Part shown: positions 26,101 to 36,951 of the stretch, piece by piece
Layout of the letters: each line of letters opens with the position of its first letter
Numbering within the stretch: position 1 is the stretch's first letter
Source of the DNA: Oculina patagonica
Lineage: Eukaryota
Assembly: GCF_052425735.1 (NCBI RefSeq)
Contig: NC_135770.1
Coordinates: 6,262,001-6,326,000, forward strand
DNA: 64,000 nt
Reading direction: 5' to 3'
The notes under the pieces: generated by a model
Told to the model about the DNA's origin: nothing
What the model saw: the letters and a program-made list of their open reading frames with translations, nothing else
The model's database searches: none
Program-made: the position numbers and the translations under genes

Positions 26101-29100
26101 CTTGCCTTGTCCTTAGGTATTATCAGTTTGACAAGGAGGTAGTGCGGGAACTTTTAGGTAAAAAGCTGACTGGACGTTTGAGGAAAGACTTGGATGACAT
26201 CAGTGAGAAGACAAATATTCCCCTCAAGAGTTGTCGCAGACAAGTGCGTTGTTAGAGTCAGATTTACTTAATGTTCAAAAGAGAGGGTTCAACAACAAGG
26301 GAGATGGGGGGGGGGGGGGTAAGCCAAGGCTCCTCCTCTAATTCTGGCACTGGTCATAATAATATTGTTGTTTAATGGTTGAAATGATTTGGATTCAAGC
26401 AAGCCCTGGCCAGGGTTGTTGTGGTGAGTTCTTGGGCAAGAGGTTTAAATTGGAAAGTGTAGGCCACTTTGGGAACTGGTAGAAAATCTTGCAAGGTCTT
26501 ACATGAATGACTCACTACCCTTCGAAAGAAAATAGAACAAACAACAGGAACAATCGATTCCGTACCTCCCAATACAAAAAAGAAATATAGCAACTGCTAC
26601 ACTTGAGGATCATTAGAATTACAAGCTTACGAAAGCTGCTGCACTACTACTGCGACCACTTTAGGCTCAATTGTCTTTAAGTTTACCATACAATTGTTTC
26701 AGCACTATTGAACTCCAGATCTAGATTGAGTAGTCTTGGTGTGTGCTCTGGCCAGAGTCATTGTGGTATGACCTTGGACACACCAGCAAATTTAATGCTG
26801 GGGCCAGGTAACCCTACAATGGACTAGCATAGTTACTTACCGGTATAATTTGCTACAGAAACCAGGATAAGCCCTGGTGCCTGTTGGTAACGTTGGCATC
26901 ATACAGACTTAACCTTTTGTTAGTAGTATGTTTCACCACTGCAACAAGTCTCCATACACGTGTAAATGGAAAAAATAAAGAGTGGATTAAATTGTTCCTG
27001 GGTACGTCAATTCTTTCCAAGACTTGCCCTTGATATACACCAAATTATCTATTGTCATCCGGCAGTTTTCTTAGCATTTGCTCTTTTATTTCAATCTACT
27101 GTTATTAGTTTGACAATGTGAAAAATGTGCTGAGAACAATAGAAGAGAATGAGGGAGGAGGGCTTGCTGACACTGTAAAGAAGCTCTTTCTGCTACCAGA
27201 TACTTTGGCAAGGTAATTTACATGTACATGTATGTTAAAAAGAATAAATGAAGGAGCTAGAGCAAAAACAACACATTGAATTTCGGCTAAATTTAAAATT
27301 GTCACAAACAGCTCCAGATTTCGCACGCAAGTTCGTTTACGTGTGCTAAACATTGATCTGTATTCAAATTTGCTGGATCTAGCTTCATTGCTTAGAAATT
27401 ACGTATGCAAAGAACAAAGGCGTTATGCAAAGCTTACGTTCTCCACAGTCAGCCAGCAGTATGAGTTTTTCGACACTTTGTGAGTAAATCTTTCCTTCTA
27501 GCATAATTTAACTGTCTGGGGAGGTTGAAAAATGTTTCAGAGCCATGCCACTAGTATAAAGTGGCAACACTACCAGCAAACATATTCAATTAATCAGTCT
27601 ATCACAACAATCAATCTTTTTTTCATTTATACCTCAAATTAGAGCTAACAGTAACAGATTAAAATAGTCTTGCCCAAAACAACAAAAATTAGCTAACCGC
27701 AAGCAGACTGCAGTGAAAGCTAGCCGCAAGCAAACTGGCGTGAAAGCTTACTGCACTAAAAACGTGATCTAAGTGTCAAGGCTGACTCTGATCCTAAACT
27801 TAACTTGAAACCTTAACCCTAATCCCTTGGGGTTAGGGTTAAGCTTTTTTTTTTGCGTTAGGGCTAGGCTTTTGCGTTAGTGCTAAGTCTGTAACCCTAA
27901 TCTGAAACTCTAACCCCGACCCTACGGCCTTCGGGTTACCTTTTGCATTAGGGCTAGGACTGTAACCCTAAAAAAATAGCTGACTTTGTTTTGAGGGACA
28001 AAAGGTTTCCTTTGTTTATCGTTTGTAAACAAACTTGCATGCGAAATCTGGAGCTGTTTGTGACAATTTTAAATTTAGCCGAAATTTGATGTGTTGTTTT
28101 TGCTCTAGCTCCTTCAAATATTAGTCATGTTTACTAAGTGTCTCTTTATATGAGCCTCATTGACCGGGCTGGCCCAGTTTTCGAGATCAAACTTCACTCC
28201 TATTTCCTTAGTAAAATTTTTGATGTGTTCAGTTCATATGAGAAGGCTGGCCAGCTCGGTTACCGAGATCTTGGTTGTAGAAACTGAGATCTTTGCAACC
28301 GGGATGGAAATTTTCCCATATGAACACTCCAGCCCAGTGCCTGTTATGAACCTTTTTTTTGAGAAAATAGCACCGCTTAAATTGCAGCTGGGCGGTCAAA
28401 AAGGGATAATTTTGCCTTGTATGTATTTCCACTTTAAAAGTATACAAATTTGCTTTATTAACTGAAGTTGCAAGTGTTGATAAGGCTACTATAGTCACAA
28501 ATGATGCAACTTTATGTGTTGCTATTTTGGTTTGTGTCTTGAAGTTCATCCCAGTCAACTGGGCTGAAATTTTTCATATGAACAGAGGACAAAACGCGTC
28601 CTGGTAACAAAGACAGCCAGTGGAAGAGTCTCTTAGTGGATATACCGGGATATTGATTCAGACTTACTGAGTCATAGAGATCGACATACATGTATACCCA
28701 ACATCAGTTGGTAAATATGGGTTAGTACATGTAGGTCTACAAACCAAGTTGCTAGTAGTGCTGGCAATCAATTAAGATTCATAATCCATGGGTCATTGAA
28801 AATAATCCTGTTGCCCTGACTGATCCAAATGAGACTGCAAAAAAAGTAATGTATATTCAGTGGCAGATCTAGGCGAGGGGCCTGTGGGGTAGGGAACTCC
28901 ACCTTAATTTTGGCCAAATGAAGGCCGTAAGACCAAGAAAAATTATTTTCAAGAGTGGTACCCTTTATTCCAGGGCCTGAATGATTGGGTTCCCAACTCA
29001 TCTGAAGGTCTGGAATTGCCACTGATATTGGCAGGCTAGTAAATCAGATAGTTCAAGGAATCAGATTGATGAGATCCTACTGGTTCACCTAACAATACTT

Positions 29101-32100
29101 GAAAAGGCTGGAACATAAAATTATAATAAAAAAATTGCATTGTTTTCTTTGACAGACAATACGCCTGTATATGTTTCATGGCTATCAATAAGATTGAAAC
29201 AGGAAAGAAAAGGTAAGTGTTAACACAACACTGTATATGTATTTGCTCTGAACAGGTTGCACCCAACAACACCCCTAATTTTATATTAATTTGGAAGCTT
29301 CAATTTTGGTAACGAGAGAAGAGATGTCAGTTGTTAACTTTGAAGTTCCACTGAGGAGTTCCATTATAATATTTGGTAACACAAAGACCAGCATATACAG
29401 TTTAAACATTGTTGTTGGCCTGGTTTTTGAGATAAAACTAGCTAGTGATTTTTCACAGAGAGAACAAGAGCGAATAAGATTGGATTTGCATGATTTTTCC
29501 AAGACATGCACAGATAAAGGTCTACTGACTACACATTTGTCAAGCTTCTTTTTAGTTTCCGTAAAATAGTAAAAATTAATTTTTATTTTAAACAAAACTT
29601 GAGCTATATGTTTGCATTTCTATTGGCACATTAATTAATATGTTTTTTTCTTCTTCACACTTTTCAAATTAGTGATAAATTGTGTGACTTTCCCCCTTTA
29701 TTTTGTTATCCGATAGGTTGTCCTACCTGACATTTGATGACCTTGTGTTCTGCGCAGAGCAGATGTTAGACCACTGGACTGTAGGATCAGTTGAAGGCTC
29801 TAGTGGTTAGTTGCATCTCTGCTGATCACCTTCAAATTTCTCCTTACAATCATCATTACTTTGTCTTACAGACAGGTGTTAAGAATAATTAATCAACTTA
29901 GGGTTGTGTGACTTGCATTTTCATGCTCAAACTTTGCAAATTGGTTGTTGAAATAAAAACGTGGGGTCCTGGTAATCGTTTAGGAGTAGGAGGACCTTAA
30001 ATATACCCTATAATTCCTTACAATATCAGCAAATTTAATTAAACTATCACCATATATTATTACGAGTATTGGCTAAGTTCACATTTTCGTTTATTATTTT
30101 ATAATTTCTGCAATGGAAATTTGTTCATATTCATTTTACAGAAAGAAGGTGATTGCTAGACTCAGAAAAAAAAAATGATAGGTCCCGGTAATCTATTTCT
30201 TAATACTTGATGACCAATAAATTTTAAAGTATATTAAAGAATAGAATTTGAACTTATGGCCTGTACATGTATTATGAAATGACATATAATTAAATATTTT
30301 CTTAAAATCTTTATTCTTTAATAACCTCTTTCAATGATTCTTCTCTTAACTGACAAGTTTAACTCTAACTAGTTATTAAATAATTATAACTGTTTGTTTT
30401 TAACTGTGTGCAATGTAACCTCTCTATAAAATGTACCCCTTCTATGACCTCTAATGATGTCTTTAACTAACCTATAACCTTTCACTAACCTTTCACAGCT
30501 TCTCGTCCACAATCCTTTCACAAGTTCATCATCTGTAAGCATCATTTTTTAAAGAGTAATAATTAACAATTCTTATTGACAAATTTTCTTTTCTGCTTAC
30601 TGCTTAAAAACACACCTTTTGGAATTCAGTTCCTACCAAAGTGACATAATTGTTAAACAGTTTAAAATTCCACAGAGGAACGGAAAAAGTATTCATGTCA
30701 CTTTACTGATAATTATTTTGTAAAACTCTCTGTACAAAATTTAAAAATATTACTGGGTATAAATCATGAATCATGCCAGTCTTACACAGCATTTCATCCT
30801 GGCAATGCTCAACAAGTTTACCAAAGGAAAAAGGTCTTTGAAAAGTCCACTGGCCTAGCCTCCTACGCAGACGTCCTTTGGGCTTGTCACGCATTTCTCC
30901 CCAACGCGTGACGAGCCCAAAGAACGTCTGCGTAGGAGGCTACCACTGGTCAGGACAAAATGCTGCATCAGAAGAAAGACAAGCCATGATTCAAAACCAG
31001 GCTCAACTTTTATTACCAGCATTTTATTGCTGACAAATACCAAAACTTTAATACAACAGTTAACTGTAAATTAAGATTATAAATTACTAGCTGCTTGAAG
31101 ACTTAAAAAAATAACCTGATCTTAAGACAACATGGGTCAAGGCCAGGTAAGGTAAAATCAGAACCTATTGGCTGAATGGCATCACCTATTGGCATGTCCT
31201 AGCTAAAAGTATTACCTTTTCCCCTGGATGAAATGCTATTTCATTAGAGGCACTGCAGGAGGTGTCGTCTACTGTAGAGGGCCTTGCAAGGGGCGGAGGT
31301 AGGGAGGAGGGGACCATGTTCCCAAGTTCCCCCCAAAAATGTCCCTCGTGTTCCTTTGCTCCCTTTAAGTATTTTGTTGATTTTTATCATCCGTGTTCCC
31401 TTATTTTCCTTTTGTTCCCAATTATTTTAATTAGTCGTTTTTCCTTGTTCCCTGAAACCCTGTGGGGAGCCTCACTGTCAATTCCAGGGAGCTATCTTTT
31501 AGGATGAAACTTGGTTGTTTGACGTCCAAAGTTCTTATTTTGTTTTGTTTTTTTAATTTGTTTTGTAGCTGCAGATGTAGGAGATACTGGTGCTGAATTT
31601 GACAGGGTTTTCCTTCAAGAGCTGAGAGATCTGAAGGTGTTTGTTAATGACAGAGAGATCGTGGAGGAACACAAAAGGTTTATATAGTTTTGTTATCTAA
31701 AATCACAGACATGAATTCTTATATATTGTGCTTCGCGATGTACTATAACCAATTTCCCAATTGGACAGGAGAGGCATAATAATGAGACACGCCTAAGTAA
31801 TTGAGAAATTAATTTCATTGACATATGTTAATTTTATGTTATATGTTTTTTCAGTTTGGTTTGCAGTGATATTGCCAAACGGTTTACCAAAAAGCTTGCA
31901 AAGTCTGTGGAATCAAATTTTAAGGTACAGTGAATCAAATGACAAAGTAGAATCTGCTATGTTATTGTACCTTAAGCACTGGTTTAACTGTCTCAAATCC
32001 TTTGCCCTCTTAAGCTGAAACCTGTTCCTCTTGGATTTGTTCACAGTAATTCCCTATGGGCTATCTTTGAATTCCAGCTTTCAGAAACAAATGTTTGTTT

Positions 32101-33773
32101 CCCTGATTTCTGAGGATTACTGAAATCAGGTTCATAAAATTGTCATGCAGTTTCTGAGCTTATGCATTACAGTAGCCCTGTTGTGTCAGTCAGGTACAAT
32201 AATTGATTATGATCATTGTAGTATGATTAAATGCAATGTCCATGGTAATTTATTGTAATTTTTCCTTTTATTTGGTTATCTCTAGAATCTATGCAGAGCT
32301 CTACTTAATATTGCTGCTGGTCTAATTCATAGTAAAGAAGTAAAGGATGTTTTGAGTGACTTTGTGGAAAAGGTATTCTTCAATCAGCATATTGTTTCAA
32401 GCTAACTAGTCTTATCTCCAGGCAGATCAGTTAACTGCCATTGTATATCGGGGTTTTTAGAATTGCATACTGTTATTCTCTAAAGTCATTTGCATATACT
32501 TTATTATGCATGCAAGTCATAAGTCCGGTGGAAATGGCTAATTAACCCCATAACTCTCTCCCATTGGTGTAGCGGTGCAATATTAACCGTTACCTTCAAG
32601 GCACGCCACCTTTTAGGTCTTTCAACAGTAAAACACCAAAATTACAGTTCAAATGTCGCGCCCCGCCCTTCCTCCCTTAGCGATCGGTGTTTGGTGCATC
32701 ATCTTCCAGCGGAGCGTTTATTTTGTGTTCAGGCGTACTTACCCTGTTTTTGTATCTTGTGCGTTTGCTGTTGACCACTTTGTTTCCCAAAGAAAAAAAC
32801 CTCCCGCTCCGCCGGTGACACTCTGTGTCACCTATGGCTTCACCGGAGTGTCGCTCTCCATATCGTAACCATATAACAATGACAGCAGAAATAATAATAA
32901 ACAACATTTACATTACATTCTTTGTATAAAAAAATAGAAAAAAAAAAGAAGAAGACCATTTTATTCGAAAACTTGCAGGAACTCCAATGTGAGTAAAACT
33001 CAGACATTAAAGGGAGTTCACGTGTTACCATCCTGACGTTATCTTTGTTTAATCCTTACTTAGATTGTTTTTTATTATTGTTTTGCAACAGTTCATCGAG
33101 CCCTGCAAGCAGCTTGACTGGGATTCCAAAGAGACGGAGATATTTCTTGGTTCTTTAGTGGACACATGTGGCAAATTGGATTCCTTGCACAGGTATGCTG
33201 GTACTATTACTTGGACAGGAATTTCTAGTTGTACTCATTTCTAATACGGCTCTCATTTGTTTCCTGCAAAATTATTGTTCTCACTTTAAAGGGACTGTGT
33301 CACGGATTTTAGCCAAATTTAGGCATGGGAAATGAGCATCGAATTCCACGAAAATTAATAGAAAAATAACCTCTTAAAACAGTGAAGGAACATTTCAATA
33401 ACACAGCAAATACAAAAGAAGGTACGGATGGCAAAAAGTGACGAAGATTGAAACGGATTGCGATATGGTTTTTGAAATGTTGTTGGGCAGAACAGTTTCA
33501 AAGTTAATCTCGTTTGTTTGTAACTTTAAATTAAAATGCCCGGGAGACAAATTTGATTGCAATGGAGCTATAGTTTTGTCATTTAGATCCAGAGAAGTAA
33601 TTTCTTTTCAAAAAGTAAGTTTCAAACTTTACTCAGCCGCGACACAGTTCCTTTAATCTTATGGCCGTTTTTTTTTTTAACTTCACAGAAGCAATCTAGA
33701 ACGCTTGATTCCTGTGTATTCGCGTTACATGACCGTCTCACAGAAGTGCATAGTGAGAATGTACCATGATTGA
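23105..33773 (+). CDS. FIBP: Acidic fibroblast growth factor intracellular-binding protein
   Basis: Exons 23105-23186, 25452-25650, 26117-26243, 27109-27212, 29156-29212, 29717-29805, (optional 30499-30534), 31569-31677, 31855-31924, 32286-32372, 33092-33192, 33689-33773. Phases are consistent. FIBP motifs: [52 protein letters not shown] and C-terminal MYHD*. Confidence 0.93.
23761..24045 (+). mobile_element. MITE, CCAATC-rich family, TA-flanked TIR tagag..gttttca / tgaaaaccgctcta
   Basis: Near-identical copy at 34732-35015 and a partial copy at 36688-36915. Confidence 0.8.
24138..25120. mobile_element. MITE with TA(A/G)CCTGAGTATCAGGC TIRs
   Basis: taacctgagtatcaggcc ... gcctgatactcaggcta. 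Confidence 0.7.
27249..28116. mobile_element. Non-autonomous TIR element (~90-bp TIRs) carrying telomere-like TAACCC/GGGTTA repeats
   Basis: tgaaggagctagagcaaaaacaacac.. / ..gtgttgtttttgctctagctccttca. Confidence 0.75.
30499..30534 (+). CDS. FIBP: Candidate in-frame alternative microexon of FIBP (12 codons, [12 protein letters not shown])
   Basis: cactaac branch point followed by ctttcacag acceptor, then 36 nt, then a gtaagc donor. Phase 1/1 matches the host intron and there is no stop codon. Confidence 0.55.
33287..33656. mobile_element. Kolobok-like non-autonomous transposon
   Basis: ttaaagggactgtgtcacgg ... ccgcgacacagttcctttaa. Confidence 0.65.
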
Positions 33774-33906
33774 GTGACAAAGTGAAAGGAATTCAATGAC
33801 TTTCTATCGTGAAGCCAAGAGAGAGGGCCTTGCCTAGCAACTTGTGTCGTGTTCTCACCTCTGCAAGGCTCTTCACTGTTAACACAGTGCCTCTCACGCC
33901 CGATGT

Positions 33907-34326
33907 ATACAGCTACTAGTCGAGAAAGGTTGTCGGAAAAAAGCACAAAAGTGCACGCGACAAGACCGAAAGGAAGTATGGGTAGAGGTAGAGAGCTACT
34001 GCACGTGCTGAATACTAATAAGATGGCGACATGACAAACGCGAATTTGCACGTTTTCTTCCCACCAGACAAGTGGAAACAAGGTACTTTTAGCCACGCTG
34101 AATTTTAGAAGAATTTTCAAAACTCAAAGACATGCGATAGTAAAAGTAAAGCTACAGAAAAAGGCTTCCTGAGAGGAAAGAACAAAATCTTCACGTGCAA
34201 AAATACAAACTTGTACATTTCCTCTAGGCCAATATGCAAAATTTAAGAAAATACCCAGACCACTTTTCGGTCTTGTCGCGTGCACTTTCGTGCTTTTTTT
34301 CGACAACGTTTCTCGAATTAGCTGTA
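33907..34326. mobile_element. MITE in the probable FIBP 3'UTR (~60-bp TIRs)
   Basis: tacagct..tcgagaaaggttgtcggaaaaaagcacaaaagtgcacgcgacaagaccgaaa and its reverse complement at 34265-34326. Confidence 0.75.
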
Positions 34327-34731
34327 GACCTTTCCCGCGTTCCAACGAACACTGTTGCCGAGTCGAGGCTAGGCTGGCCAAAATACAAGAAATGTATGAA
34401 AATGCCCACTCCAACCTCGTTCTGGTGCTATTGTTGACCATTGTTCGTACGCGCTAAGTAAAGAGGAATGCGGGAAAGGTCTATTAATGCAGGTTATTCG
34501 GTGCTTTGGATGAATTGCAATAAGGGTGAAGAAGGGAAATGAGGCTAGGAACTGAGTCGTGGAAAGAGGGAGAAGCTACTACTGACCAAAGAAAGGCCTG
34601 CTTGGAAGAACAGGATTGAAGTTCCTCTTCTCTCAATGAGGGGTGAATGGACTTGTAAAGGGTGAACTTGCACTAGAATAATATTCCATGTATTCCTAGC
34701 CGTTTCGTGCTTTAGGAACAGGTCTGTCCGA

Positions 34732-35015
34732 TAGAGCAGTTTTCAATTGAGTGTCGTAAAACCAAAACCAATGTAATTACTTTGGCCAATCACAAAAGAC
34801 ACGGACAATCCAGTGAACCAATCAAAACTCGAAGCAAATACATGTAGCCGGCACGAAGCGCGGGAAAACGTGCACGAGCGAGTCACGATTGGTTTTGGTT
34901 TTAGTTCTGATTGGCTGAGAAAGTGGCGCGAGATTTTTAAGCCAATCACTAAGCGTAGCAATGCAAAACCAAAGCAAACGCAATTTACTTTCGACACTCA
35001 AGTGAAAACCGCTCT
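34732..35015 (+). mobile_element. MITE, CCAATC-rich family
   Basis: Copy of 23761-24045. Confidence 0.8.
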
Positions 35016-35823
35016 AATCTCGCGAAGCTAAGATTGCCTACTAGGCGCCTTGCAGAAACCTCTAACGTGACCTTGCTTAGCAGAAAATAGAGTCATGGTT
35101 CGAAATGGTTAGCCAGAAATGGAAAGAGCGTGATTAAATTAGTAGGATTGACAATTTTATGACCATTGATCATGCCCAAATGTAAATTGTACATATGGAA
35201 TAAAGTTGCTGGGAAGAAAGTTCTGTCATCAATATCCAGCATGCAAATCTTTAAATGTTTTCAAACTTTGAAAAACATCAAAGGTCTTTCATCACGCTCT
35301 TTTAATTTCCGAAATTTAGTTTTTCCACGACCATTTTGTAGTGATTAATGTTATGGGCACGTGAATTCTGCAAAGGACTTTAATAGGTCCTGTGGATTGT
35401 GAATATGTAATTGTCATATAGACATGACTGAACTATCTGGAAAACAAAGCCATAACTATGTGGGGATGCCTATACTCCTTGACCACAAACGGCGTTACAC
35501 TGCTGTACGAGAATTGATGTCCATGTACTAAGGTATATGTTTTTAACAGGACTGAATGTGCCTGTATTATATGAAGCACTGAGTGCCTCTCACAACTCTT
35601 TGTAATGATGATGTTGAAAGAATAGAAGATTGATCTGAAAAGCTTATAATTATTCAAATGTGGTCTGTAAGGCCAAACACGCACAAAAAAGAACAATACA
35701 GCTGTTTGTTGCGTTAATTAATAGTTTAATAATAATACAATATAACAATTTTTTACAGTATTCGTTCTTGACGTCTTTAAATCTAACTCAGTCAACTTTT
35801 AGTTTAAGATTAAAAAAAGCCTG

Positions 35824-36040
35824 TACCTTATTGTTACTTATTTTCGCGGGCACTTAATTTCGCGAAAATGGAACAGGAATATTTCGCGAGACTTAATTTT
35901 CGCGATTTGGCCAAAAATACGTAATTAGCATAAAAAATACAATAGAACTCGTTTAGAATTAATTTTCGCGGGTCTTTAATTTCGCGATTTTTTGAAAATC
36001 GCGAAATTTAAGTCCCGCGAAAATAAGTAACAATAAGGTA
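35824..36040. mobile_element. MITE (TACCTTATTGTTAC TIR, TTTCGCG internal repeats)
   Basis: taccttattgttacttattttcgcggg ... cccgcgaaaataagtaacaataaggta. A degenerate relative lies at ~16349-16482. Confidence 0.75.
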
Positions 36041-36951
36041 GTTCAAACGGGCTGTACTATAATTCTGCATTTCCAGTGAAATAGCGCTAAGTTTAAAATT
36101 GCTGACTTAGGACCTCAAAAGGCTAGGAAAATTGCCGATCATAAAAACGCATTGATAACAAAATACCCAGCTTAGAAAGTAATCGCTATGTAATGTTAAA
36201 AAAATTAGTTATCGACAAACAACAAAAAAAGATTTTTCTTTTCAAAAGTTAAAAAACTAAAACTATTTTGTTGTCGATAACAAACGCGACATTCAGTTTA
36301 ATAACGACAAGCCTTGTGTTTTAGTCTGGGTGGCAGTCACCGACAAACACGCCACTTTCAGGATTATCTTAGGTGCCAGCGGTTTTGATTTTGTACAAAC
36401 AAACATGCGTAGTAAACACTAGTTACCAAACCTTCGCAGTAATCTCGCTGTTTGTTCAGATGTCGAATAACAGAATTTGACGTCGACAACACAATTCTGA
36501 GCACAACACTAGCAATCGGATATCTTAATTCAAAACAGCGAGACTGCATGCGTTCTATGCTAAAAAAAAGCATCTCAAAGGAGGATATGTAGTTTTACAA
36601 AAAAAAATTGTTTCCTAAAGTCTTTCTATGATTTCAAGTGTTCTCGATTTGAGGAATCTTATTAGGGAGAATCACGGTCGTGTAAAAGTGGTTTTCAATT
36701 GAGTGTCGTAAATTAAAACCAAAACCAAAGTAATCGTTCTGGCCAATCACAAGCCGAGACAGACAATCCAGTGAACCAATCAAAACTGGACGTATGTACA
36801 TGCTGCCCACGCGAAGCGCGGGAAAACGAGTGTGAGCAATCCGCAGTTGGTTTTGGTTTCACTTCTGATTGGTTAAAAAAATGACGCGAGATTTATTAAA
36901 ACCAATCACTAAGCGATATGGTTGTATATCAAACAAAATTACAGAGTAAAA

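Noticed and set aside
29281-29595. Overlapping 104-aa and 92-aa ORFs in a FIBP intron
   Set aside because: No recognisable domain or splice signals. It could be a decayed TE fragment, but I cannot support that.
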